This document shows positions 29,915 to 37,921 of a stretch of DNA of 64,000 nt, in pieces. Within the stretch, counting starts at the first letter, position 1. Each line of letters opens with the position of its first letter. The position numbers and the translations under genes were made by a program. Origin of the DNA: an archaeon (GTDB taxonomy: Archaea > Iainarchaeota > Iainarchaeia > Iainarchaeales > Iainarchaeaceae); assembly GCA_035289625.1 (NCBI GenBank), contig DATDWP010000028.1:9840-73839 (forward strand), written 5' to 3'. Under the pieces are notes generated by a model. That model was not told the DNA's origin, did no database searches, and was given only the letters and a program-made list of their open reading frames with translations.

Positions 29915-30385
29915 TTATCTCCTCCTTATAGCAATCCTGGATAAAATTTTCCTTTTTTTCTTTTTAGGTTTTTTAACTCTGTGGTTTATTTCTCTCAAAG
30001 CACGCTTTTTTTTCAAATATTCTCCAATAAAACCATCAGTTGTCACAGAACCCGCATAGCAATGAACATAAATTTTTTTACCTGCAGGAAGAGAGCGAAT
30101 TATCTCAAAAAATTTTAAAAGATCATTTTCTTTAACTGGCGACCCGAGACGCCCAAAACCTACGGCGCCACCAAAATCATAAACTCGCATCCCGTATTTT
30201 GGTGCTACAGCATGATCGACTATCCCTGTAGTACGTCTTCCAGCCATATATCCTATCAAAGAAACTATTGCTACGACACCTTTCTCTTTTAGAAATGCAT
30301 ATTTTGCATTTGTATTTGCAACTCCGCCGGCAAGGACAAAACGATCTATTTCTTTAAACAGGTTTGGCTCCTCCAATTGCACCAT
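29915..30385 (-). CDS. Dual-specificity phosphatase-like protein with altered P-loop
   Basis: LKEKGVVAIVSL and KKIYVHCYAGSVTT (the Cx5R Arg is replaced by Thr). Confidence 0.7.
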   Translation of the reverse strand: MVQLEEPNLFKEIDRFVLAGGVANTNAKYAFLKEKGVVAIVSLIGYMAGRRTTGIVDHAVAPKYGMRVYDFGGAVGFGRLGSPVKENDLLKFFEIIRSLPAGKKIYVHCYAGSVTTDGFIGEYLKKKRALREINHRVKKPKKKKRKILSRIAIRRR

Positions 30386-30387
30386 CT

Positions 30388-30801
30388 TCACACAACCCTT
30401 ACTTTTGCCTCTTTCACTCTTTTCCACTCCTTATCGCTCGTGACTGCCGTCGCATCGTTTTCGATAGCTGTTTGTAGTATTATGGCATCAGCCATTGAGA
30501 GATTGAGGTCTGTATGCCTGCTTTTCAAAAATGCCGCTTTCTTTGCTATTTTGAGGGTCGGCTCAATAAAACTCCCAATTTTCTCGAAAAATACCACTGA
30601 TTTTACGGCTGACCTTATATTCTTCCTCTTCAAGGTTGTTATAAGCTCAAAAGCCGAGAGCGTGCTTGCAAGGCAATTAATTTCCTTTTTGCTGCCCTTT
30701 TCAAGTAGGTAACCAACCTTTTTGCTGCCCTTTTCTGCGATAGCGAATTTTACCAGTGCGGAGCTGTCAAAAACCAAATCTTTTTTATCTTTTTTTCTCA
30801 T
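30388..30801 (-). CDS. vapC: VapC-type PIN-domain toxin
   Basis: VFDSSALV, E, LSMADAIILQTA, TSD. Confidence 0.92.
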   Translation of the reverse strand: MRKKDKKDLVFDSSALVKFAIAEKGSKKVGYLLEKGSKKEINCLASTLSAFELITTLKRKNIRSAVKSVVFFEKIGSFIEPTLKIAKKAAFLKSRHTDLNLSMADAIILQTAIENDATAVTSDKEWKRVKEAKVRVV

Positions 30802-31018
30802 CTTCTTGCCTCATTTTCTTGATATCTGAAGATTTTATGCCGGCCCCTTTTGCGATGCCGTAAAGCGCCGCTACAGGATCTTTTGGAACCGGTATCAAAA
30901 GTATCCCTTCAGGAACTTTTTCCACGACAAATTCCGTGCCAGAAAACCAATCCTCTTCTTCCCTAATTTGCGCCGGGAGTACCAACTGCCCCTTTGAAGA
31001 AAGTATTGTTCTATACAT
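30785..31018 (-). CDS. AbrB/MazE-family antitoxin
   Basis: LSSKGQLVLPAQIRE; overlaps the PIN gene. Confidence 0.92.
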   Translation of the reverse strand: MYRTILSSKGQLVLPAQIREEEDWFSGTEFVVEKVPEGILLIPVPKDPVAALYGIAKGAGIKSSDIKKMRQEDEKKR

Positions 31019-31066
31019 TTTACATCACCATACACAGTTCTTACTTTTACCTATAAAAATCTTACC

Positions 31067-32158
31067 TCAAAACGGCCTATTATCCCTTCGCATCCTCATT
31101 TTCACAGACGCCCCCAATTTATCCATAATTTTATTGTACACAATATCGATTTCGTTGTTATTTAGCTTTGCATGAAAATCGGCTTCAATTAGAACCGAAG
31201 GGTATGCGTACTCGCGATGCAAAGAGCTAAGGGCCGTTGCAACACTTGCAATCTCATCTGCTTTTTCAAAAAGCTCTGATTTATTATGGCAAATAAATTC
31301 GACACGAAGCGGCCTATCAAGAGCCGAGGGCTTTACATACAGCCCATAAATGCCCTCTGCCCATTGTGGATTAAAATCAACTAGCACGGGATGCTGTCGG
31401 ATATTTTTTGTATAAGTAAAAGCGCAACTGCGCTCGCCAACTTGCAGGAAATATTCCAAAAGAGAAGAATCAAAAATCCCATCAAGCTCTTCTTTTCTAA
31501 CACTGCCCATCTTTTCTACTACATTGTCTTGCAAAATCGACCGGAAGCGCGAACCTCTACTATCCTCAACAGTTGCAATAAGGGTAGTGTTGTGCTTTTG
31601 CGCCAAAGCATAGAGAGATTCAAACTCACTTATAATCCCGTGATAATTATCGGTTAGTTCGGATTCTTTTCTTGGCTTGTCCTGGTATTGTGGAACAATG
31701 CTCCCGTCAATAAAAAGATATTTCGGAGAGTACTCTTCAATTATTTTTTTTGAAACGCCAACTTCCTCTTTTAACCTCATAAGGCTCTTGCTCTGCTCGG
31801 CTTCATCATCCTCAAGTGATGCTCCTGCAAGATGGGGCTGCGGGAAATTAAAATAACCCGGATGGTATTTTGCGAGGACCACTTTCCCATCAGAATATTC
31901 AAACAAAACCCCCATTGCTCTAATCAGCACAAGATCAATTGTAGCAAGCCGCTTTGCAACAAAACCCGAATCAACCCCTGCAACAAGCCCATTTGGGATC
32001 CACTTTGAAATTGGAAATACAAGCTTTTTTTCAGCAAGTTCTGAAGAGGAAAAATCTAAATATTTTAGCGGCAAGAGGCGCTGCACCACAAATTTTCTGC
32101 GATTCTCCCCATTTGCTATGACATCAACAGTGTGGTCAATTATTGAAGAGATATTCAT
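31067..32158 (-). CDS. nurA: NurA 5'-3' nuclease
   Basis: AGVDSG, FIDGS, YPSVLIEADFHAK. Confidence 0.92.
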   Translation of the reverse strand: MNISSIIDHTVDVIANGENRRKFVVQRLLPLKYLDFSSSELAEKKLVFPISKWIPNGLVAGVDSGFVAKRLATIDLVLIRAMGVLFEYSDGKVVLAKYHPGYFNFPQPHLAGASLEDDEAEQSKSLMRLKEEVGVSKKIIEEYSPKYLFIDGSIVPQYQDKPRKESELTDNYHGIISEFESLYALAQKHNTTLIATVEDSRGSRFRSILQDNVVEKMGSVRKEELDGIFDSSLLEYFLQVGERSCAFTYTKNIRQHPVLVDFNPQWAEGIYGLYVKPSALDRPLRVEFICHNKSELFEKADEIASVATALSSLHREYAYPSVLIEADFHAKLNNNEIDIVYNKIMDKLGASVKMRMRRDNRPF

Positions 32159-32196
32159 AATAACATCAATTCTTCGGAGTTTTTAAAACACCTATA

Positions 32197-32213
32197 GACC
32201 TCATTGCCGGTGC
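32197..32213 (-). promoter_or_regulatory. 17-bp motif GCACCGGCAATGAGGTC upstream of the nurA TATA box
   Basis: Exact repeat of 25633-25649. Confidence 0.55.
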
Positions 32214-32257
32214 GGGCTCCAAAAACCATTAAATCAACCCAGTACCCAAAATATAAT

Positions 32258-32752
32258 ATGGACAAAATGAAGAGCTACAAAGTTCATCCAAGTGTTCGCA
32301 TTGGCCACATACACCTAACTGTTTCAGATTTGGAAAATTCACTCAAATTCTACAGGGACATTTTAGGATTTGAAATAATGCAAAGATTCGATAGCGCTGC
32401 ATTTCTTTCAGCTGGAGGCTATCACCACCACATCGGCCTTAACACGTGGAATTCACCCGGCGCAAAAAAACCACAGGAAGGGCAAATTGGCCTCTACCAT
32501 TTTGCAATACTCTACCCAAATAGAAAAGAACTGGCAATTGCGCTCAAAAGATTGATAGAGGCAAATTACCCGCTAGAAGGAGCATCAGATCACGGAGTTT
32601 CAGAAGCAATTTACCTAAAAGATCCGGACGGCAATGGCATTGAACTCTATGCAGATAGGCCAAAATCCAAGTGGCCAAAGGAGAAGAAGGGGGAAATCAA
32701 AATGGCGACAATGCCACTTGATATTGAGGATCTACTAAAAGAGGCAAAATGA
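32258..32752 (+). CDS. VOC/glyoxalase family protein (catechol 2,3-dioxygenase-like)
   Basis: IGHIHLTVSDL, GYHHHIGLNTW, DHGVSEAIYLKDPDGNGIELY. Confidence 0.92.
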   Translation: MDKMKSYKVHPSVRIGHIHLTVSDLENSLKFYRDILGFEIMQRFDSAAFLSAGGYHHHIGLNTWNSPGAKKPQEGQIGLYHFAILYPNRKELAIALKRLIEANYPLEGASDHGVSEAIYLKDPDGNGIELYADRPKSKWPKEKKGEIKMATMPLDIEDLLKEAK

Positions 32753-32818
32753 GGAAAAATGGCTTAGTATATAGAAATAGTTAAGGTTTTTTAAACGGTT
32801 TTTAGTGGAAATAAGATC

Positions 32819-33538
32819 ATGTCAATATATCGATTCCTCGTGTATTCAGACGAGTCTATTCATGGAGTCAGACTTAGAAAATTAGTAAAGAAAGTAGCCG
32901 ATGAACTTACGCCGCCTATATTAGGAGAAACTCAGAATTTGGACGACGAACACGAAGTTGAAGTTCTATGCAGCGTTCAGGATAAAGCTCATCTTGCGAC
33001 CTTTGTTGCCATTATTATAAAATCAGCAAAAGAAATTGCAGATGTTGATGTGAAAATTGCACAGCCTTTAGAGGTAAATGATTTACATAAATATAAAAAT
33101 TTCAAAGATTTTAAGGTAATTCGTGGAGATGCTTTGAAAGAAATTGAATTGGAAATAGAAGGTGCTGAAAGGTTATTTAGAAAATTACAGGAAAATTTCG
33201 AAAAGTTTATTTTGAAAAGAGAAAATAATAAGTTGAAGGGGCTAGATTATCTATTGAAAACGATAGCCGGAAATTTAAAACCAGACGAACCGAAAGCCAA
33301 ATGGCATACCGCCAGAACTGCAATATCGGATTTTGTCGCTGAACCATTCGATGATGATTTGTTTCAATCGGTACAAGAAATAGACCAATTGTTGTATGAA
33401 TTAGCTGATTTTGAAGGCCAAGATATCAGTAAATTGCCAAAAGAACAAGTTGAAAAATTATTGCGACTAATAGACATTTCCCGTAAGAAAATCGCTGATT
33501 TGCACCGGCAGGAAGGTTCAAATATTATTATTAAGTAG
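32819..33538 (+). CDS. Hypothetical protein with acylphosphatase-like N-terminal domain
   Basis: IHGVRLRKLV..VA.EL...G..QNLDD..VEV resembles the acylphosphatase pattern; helical C-terminus. Confidence 0.55.
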   Translation: MSIYRFLVYSDESIHGVRLRKLVKKVADELTPPILGETQNLDDEHEVEVLCSVQDKAHLATFVAIIIKSAKEIADVDVKIAQPLEVNDLHKYKNFKDFKVIRGDALKEIELEIEGAERLFRKLQENFEKFILKRENNKLKGLDYLLKTIAGNLKPDEPKAKWHTARTAISDFVAEPFDDDLFQSVQEIDQLLYELADFEGQDISKLPKEQVEKLLRLIDISRKKIADLHRQEGSNIIIK

Positions 33539-33576
33539 TTAATATAGAGTTCTAGAAGGTTGGTCGGTATTTTGGT

Positions 33577-34035
33577 ATGTCGGAAAATGTTACAGTTAAG
33601 GCAATTGATGCGTACGAATATATTTTTGGAAAATTAAGTTTAGGTAGTTTTAGCAGCCGCTTGATGTTCCAAAAAACAATTTATTTACTAAAATTATTTG
33701 GCGTTCCTAGTTTCCAAGATTTGTCTTATACTTGGTATAAAAGAGGCCCTTATTGTTTCGAGTTAGGCGGGATTTACAGTAAAAAATACCAAGAGAAATA
33801 CTATTTAGATGAAAAGGATGTTGAGTCTATCAAGAATTGTAAAAAAATAATTTTAGAGTTAATATCTGATGAAAAATACGGGGAACTAAATTCTTCAATA
33901 GCATATTTACTTCATGATGAAAAACTTTCTGATGAAGATATCATCAAACGAATGTTCTTAACAAAACCGTGGTTTGAAAAAGCAAACGTAGAATCTGCAT
34001 TGGTAAAATTAAAGCAACTTTTACGCCCTAATTAA
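33577..34035 (+). CDS. DUF4065/Panacea (SocA)-like protein
   Basis: RLMFQKTIYLL...YTWYKRGPYCFEL. Confidence 0.65.
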   Translation: MSENVTVKAIDAYEYIFGKLSLGSFSSRLMFQKTIYLLKLFGVPSFQDLSYTWYKRGPYCFELGGIYSKKYQEKYYLDEKDVESIKNCKKIILELISDEKYGELNSSIAYLLHDEKLSDEDIIKRMFLTKPWFEKANVESALVKLKQLLRPN

Positions 34036-34044
34036 ATTTACAAT

Positions 34045-34161
34045 CTACCCTAATTCATTCAGTTCATGCATAATAACCACAATACGATAATAGAGAATTT
34101 TGAACAAGCATTCATTGATTTGTGCTGCTTTAGTTTTGCCTTTTAGCATACTGAAACTGAG
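34045..34161 (-). pseudogene. C-terminal remnant of a DDE (IS4/IS5-superfamily-like) transposase
   Basis: Translates LSFSMLKGKTKAAQINECLFKILYYRIVVIMHELNELG*, resembling the 'F-x-M-x-K...AQ-x-NE-x-L-x-K...ELG' C-terminus of archaeal DDE transposases (from recall). Confidence 0.55.
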
Positions 34162-34171
34162 TAGTAGCAGC

Positions 34172-34440
34172 CTAGACAAAAAAAGAAGCCTTACAACTAG
34201 GACAATGGCACTTGTTTTCCCTTTCTTGAGGGAACTTTACTCTCACGAACGTCTTGGTGATTACAATACGGACAAATCATTTCAATTCTTCCCAATCAAA
34301 TTCACATTCCATTCTATCACTAGTTATTATGTAACTGCAGAGTTTGCAACGCCACTCCACTAGATGAACGGACCCATCCCCCATATACTGAATTAGCTTT
34401 CTAACAGTTTTGAACTTCCCACCACAAGCACAGTAAAACT
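34172..34440 (-). pseudogene. Two disrupted small Zn-ribbon ORFs
   Basis: CACGG...WRCKLC (no in-frame start) overlaps MICPYC.../KCHCPSC (frameshifted). Confidence 0.45.
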
Positions 34441-34455
34441 TTCAACCACTTATTT

Positions 34456-34503
34456 TAGGCACCTAATAAATATAAGCAAAGATTTAAATAATATAGGTAC
34501 CTA
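34456..34503. promoter_or_regulatory. Two palindromic operators TAGG(C/T)ACCTA flanking a TATA box
   Basis: Copies at 34456-34465 and 34494-34503 around TTTAAATA (34483-34490); third copy at 35618-35627. Confidence 0.6.
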
Positions 34504-34511
34504 ACAACATC

Positions 34512-34673
34512 ATGCGCCTACAAAAACAAATGTCAAGACGAGTAGGGGATGTGGAATATGCAAAATGGGTCGTAGTAATACCCCCAGAAATAGTTGAAAA
34601 AAGCAAATTAAAAGAAGGCCAAGAATTAGAAGCACACGTAGCCGAAGGAAAAATAACTCTAAAACCAAAATAA
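34512..34673 (+). CDS. AbrB/MazE/SpoVT-family DNA-binding protein (53 aa), not in the ORF track
   Basis: MRLQKQMSRRVGDVEYAKWVVVIPPEIVEKSKLKEGQELEAHVAEGKITLKPK. Confidence 0.8.
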   Translation: MRLQKQMSRRVGDVEYAKWVVVIPPEIVEKSKLKEGQELEAHVAEGKITLKPK

Positions 34674-35492
34674 CTATTTTAGAGATTTTTTCAAACTATC
34701 AAAACTTTTCTTAAAATTAGCCACAATCTTTTTTGTTTTTGGAAACGATAAGTTCCCGTCATTTTCTAATTTTACTAGATATTTTTTAAATTCATTTTCC
34801 TCTTCAACACTTCTATTTGTTTTACTAACCAATTTTAAAAAAGCGTCATTGGTTTTTGGCACATATAAGATTTGCACCCCTTCACCTACATAATTGTCAA
34901 TTTTTGATTCCTCAATATAATTTATTATAAAACAACCTAATTTTGCCATTTCTTCCATGGTAATTTCATCACTCCACATCGCCTTTAGAAAAGTCTGTGC
35001 ATATGGCGAACCACTACCTATTGCCAAAAAAGTTTTTCTTTTACTATCTAAACAATCAGCAATCTCTAATTTATGTAACTCAGCCTCGCGCCCTGAACGA
35101 AAAGCAATTAAAAGTTGCAATCCATTTGGATATTTTTCCATTATATCTTTGTATTGATTTTTCATTTGAAATAAAATCCCTTCACAATCTTCAACAAACT
35201 GATTTGCATAAGCATATGGACTAATTATCGCATCCAACTCTTCTTGAGTTATTTTTGGATTCTGCTCCTGCATTTGTTTTTTTATTTGTTTTTTCCTTTC
35301 TTCTAAGTTAATGAAAACACGAGCTAAAAATTTATCAAATAATTCAGAAATTCCAGCCCCGCTGAACCCTACGCCCAAAGCATCTACCAAGTAAATTTTA
35401 GGATGTGAAGCAATATCTACACCCTCAACTACTTTTTTGTCGGAAATTATTACTACTCCGTCTTTACAATTTGCCCCTATTACTAATGTCAT
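34674..35492 (-). CDS. Proteasome-beta-like Ntn hydrolase
   Basis: M-T-LVIGANCKDGVVIISDKK (Thr1 nucleophile), K at about position 33, AIGSGS; start placed at ATG 35492. Confidence 0.75.
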   Translation of the reverse strand: MTLVIGANCKDGVVIISDKKVVEGVDIASHPKIYLVDALGVGFSGAGISELFDKFLARVFINLEERKKQIKKQMQEQNPKITQEELDAIISPYAYANQFVEDCEGILFQMKNQYKDIMEKYPNGLQLLIAFRSGREAELHKLEIADCLDSKRKTFLAIGSGSPYAQTFLKAMWSDEITMEEMAKLGCFIINYIEESKIDNYVGEGVQILYVPKTNDAFLKLVSKTNRSVEEENEFKKYLVKLENDGNLSFPKTKKIVANFKKSFDSLKKSLK

Positions 35493-35643
35493 TTTTTCGC
35501 CATTTTGAGGTTTGTTTTTTAACATTTTCGGCACTTTCTGATAAGTAAGCAAAAACGAAACTATAAATTGTCTTTGATTGCTTATCGGTGTTGACACACC
35601 AAAAAAGTACCTAATTTTAGGCACCTAAAAGAATAAAAGGGAG

Positions 35644-35922
35644 ATGGTAATGGATTTAGAAGAAGTTAGAAATTTTTTACTCGAAGTAAATAGTTTCTTG
35701 GCTATATTTATATTAACAAAAGACACCGTACCCATTCTTTCTAATAATTGGGAACAAAACATATTTCCTCTAATAACATATGCACTTATTTTAGGAGGAC
35801 TGTCATTTTTAATTGCAAAGTTTATTAAAAACACATTAGCCGGAGATAGAGTTTATGCTCAAGTTATAGCACATATTTTTTTGTTAATTCTATTTACTCA
35901 ATTGCTGACACCTAAATTATAA
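35644..35922 (+). CDS. Small membrane protein
   Basis: AGGGAG RBS; three hydrophobic segments. Confidence 0.55.
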   Translation: MVMDLEEVRNFLLEVNSFLAIFILTKDTVPILSNNWEQNIFPLITYALILGGLSFLIAKFIKNTLAGDRVYAQVIAHIFLLILFTQLLTPKL

Positions 35923-35959
35923 TTTGATTAACCACTAGTACAAGAAAATTTTTTTCCGA

Positions 35960-36391
35960 TTATTTTTCAACATATATTTCATCTTGGTTTGGTTTTTTGT
36001 GAATTTTTGCAAAAATAAAACCAATAGCATACGTTATCATTATTATTGATGCGATTAATCCTACCAAAATATTCTGCCATGACTCACCATGCGCCCAATA
36101 AGCATTTCTACCAGCTTTCAATGCAAAATAATACATTGGCCACGTCGCAATCACAATTAGGACATAAGTAATTACTGAGACCGTATTAAAATCGAGAAAA
36201 GCTAAGTAGGGGCTATTAATAAAATTACCCGATACAAAAGCTATTAGAACCCACAAACCCGCCCATAAATATTGTCCAAAAAAATAGATAAGGGCACGTT
36301 TAGTATAATTAAACTGTTTAAACAATTCCATGAGAGCCACATTATTCCAATAAATCCAGATTTTAGCCAATTTGGCTAAATTCTTTACCAT
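35960..36391 (-). CDS. Hypothetical membrane protein
   Basis: Three hydrophobic helices; start may be the ATG at 36331. Confidence 0.6.
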   Translation of the reverse strand: MVKNLAKLAKIWIYWNNVALMELFKQFNYTKRALIYFFGQYLWAGLWVLIAFVSGNFINSPYLAFLDFNTVSVITYVLIVIATWPMYYFALKAGRNAYWAHGESWQNILVGLIASIIMITYAIGFIFAKIHKKPNQDEIYVEK

Positions 36392-36423
36392 TAAAGAGGC
36401 TTAAAATTATTAAGCTTAGTTAT

Positions 36424-36546
36424 ATGCAAATAGGCAAACATAAACCGCTTTTCAGGCTTAAAATAACCGGAGTTAAAACAAATAAATCCAAAAACCTCGA
36501 TCAATTCTACAGCGAACTCGTAGACCTATTAAGAGCTAAAGAATAA
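36424..36546 (+). CDS. Small hypothetical protein (40 aa)
   Basis: MQIGKHKPLFRLKITGVKTNKSKNLDQFYSELVDLLRAKE; fills the gap before the element end. Confidence 0.35.
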   Translation: MQIGKHKPLFRLKITGVKTNKSKNLDQFYSELVDLLRAKE

Positions 36547-36553
36547 CCAATTC

Positions 36554-36590
36554 CGACTTTTTACACAAAACCGACTTATTACACAGCGCT
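36554..36590. repeat. Right-end copy of a mobile element (CGACTTTTTACACAAAACCGACTTATTACACAGCGCT)
   Basis: 36556-36590 is near-identical to 37450-37484; both are followed by ACATAAAAA. Confidence 0.8.
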
Positions 36591-36599
36591 ACATAAAAA

Positions 36600-37484
36600 A
36601 GCGTTGTGTAAATAAGGTTCAAAATTGACGACTTTCTACACAAAAAGCAGACTTTTTACACAGATTACTCCATGATTATTCTATGGGTTTTTACCGAGAC
36701 TTCACGGGAGGATCTTTAGACCCTCCTTCTTCTGGTAGAAGATCTCCAAGAAGAGATGATTGGCACAGACATGACAATTATAGGCCAAGAAGGAAAAATT
36801 ACTTTGAAATGTTGAAGGTTCCTGTAATTTTACTTATTGTTCTGGGTGTATTCTTTTACTTAGCTAATAATGGAGATGCAACATACAACGAAACAATCCC
36901 AAAAATTAATAATGATTTTAATAAAATGGTGCAGGATTTTTTCAAAAATACATTTCCGCCTTCGGAACCTATTGCCGATAAAACCAAAGAGGTTGAGAGA
37001 TTAATATTTTATTACACAAACCAAGAAAGACAAAAGTATGGTGTTTCGTTACTGAGTTGGAATGACAGTTTAGCAGATATTGCACGCGAACATAGTCTTG
37101 ACATGGCCACCAATAATTTCTTTGAACATGATAATCCGAGAGGTGAAGATCCAACTGCAAGAGCGCGTAGACACGGATTTCCAGTTGAAGTGCAATTAAG
37201 TAAAAATGTAACTCAAGTTGGAATAGCTGAAAATATTGGCATGATGCCAACAGGAAACGTACAAGGAATTGGTAGAGTGGGTTCAGATGCCGACAGTGTA
37301 GCTTATGCACATGTCAAATCATGGATGGAAAGTCCTGGCCACAGAACTAATATACTTGACCCAAGCTCTCATATAATAGGAGTTGGAGTTGCCTATTCGG
37401 ATGGGTATTATTATGCAACTCAAGATTTCCAATAGCACAGAAAAAGATTACTTTTTACACAAAACCTACTTATTACACAACGCT
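36600..37484. mobile_element. 885-bp non-autonomous transposable cassette carrying a CAP-domain gene
   Basis: TIRs AGCGTTGTGTAAATAAG / CTTATTACACAACGCT; 9-bp flanking direct repeat ACATAAAAA (36591-36599, 37485-37493); internal ACTTTYTACACA repeats. Confidence 0.75.
36683..37435 (+). CDS. Membrane-anchored CAP (SCP/PR-1) domain protein
   Basis: TNQERQKYG, AREHSLDMA..NFFEH, AENI, WMESPGHRTNIL, IGVGV, TQDF. Confidence 0.93.
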   Translation: MGFYRDFTGGSLDPPSSGRRSPRRDDWHRHDNYRPRRKNYFEMLKVPVILLIVLGVFFYLANNGDATYNETIPKINNDFNKMVQDFFKNTFPPSEPIADKTKEVERLIFYYTNQERQKYGVSLLSWNDSLADIAREHSLDMATNNFFEHDNPRGEDPTARARRHGFPVEVQLSKNVTQVGIAENIGMMPTGNVQGIGRVGSDADSVAYAHVKSWMESPGHRTNILDPSSHIIGVGVAYSDGYYYATQDFQ

Positions 37485-37529
37485 ACATAAAAAGGAAAAT
37501 ATTTATACTCGCGTGCACTTACTCATTTG

Positions 37530-37889
37530 ATGAAATCACTTTTCGAAGTAAAAACCATAGAAAGCGACTGGAAACCGCCTTTTAAGAAAAACACTTACAC
37601 AAACGAATTTGCAGCTGACCAGGGAGAGGCATTTGATAGAATCACCGGAAACGGCAATGACGAACCCATATTTGAAATACTTGAAAGTGCGGGCGATAGG
37701 GTAAAGGTTCGCTACAGCAGGCTTTTTACAATAAAAGAACCAGACGAGAGATGCGGCAAAGACAAAACAGTCTGGCTCATCCGCGGAATGGAACAGCCCC
37801 TTAGCTATTTATGGGGAGAAAAAGGAGTTACAAAAAAAATAACATTCAAAGGAATAGTAACCCCGGAACCTAGCACGCAGGGCGAATAA
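37530..37889 (+). CDS. Hypothetical protein
   Basis: Clean ORF with TATA-like TTTATA upstream. Confidence 0.7.
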   Translation: MKSLFEVKTIESDWKPPFKKNTYTNEFAADQGEAFDRITGNGNDEPIFEILESAGDRVKVRYSRLFTIKEPDERCGKDKTVWLIRGMEQPLSYLWGEKGVTKKITFKGIVTPEPSTQGE

Positions 37890-37921
37890 CAATTTAATTC
37901 ATTGCAAGCCCTCTCATTTTT

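Noticed and set aside
26350..32158. HerA-based antiphage system (e.g. Sir2-HerA)
   Set aside because: The partner is NurA with Rad50 nearby, which is the housekeeping archaeal end-resection module.
34100..34363. 87-aa plus-strand ORF
   Set aside because: No recognisable features; the minus strand carries the Zn-ribbon and transposase-like remnants.
36554..36665. CRISPR array or integron attC interpretation of the TTACACA repeats
   Set aside because: Spacing is too short and irregular for CRISPR and there are no cas genes. The apparent hairpin is better explained as a right end plus a left end around a 9-bp target, and no integron integrase is present.
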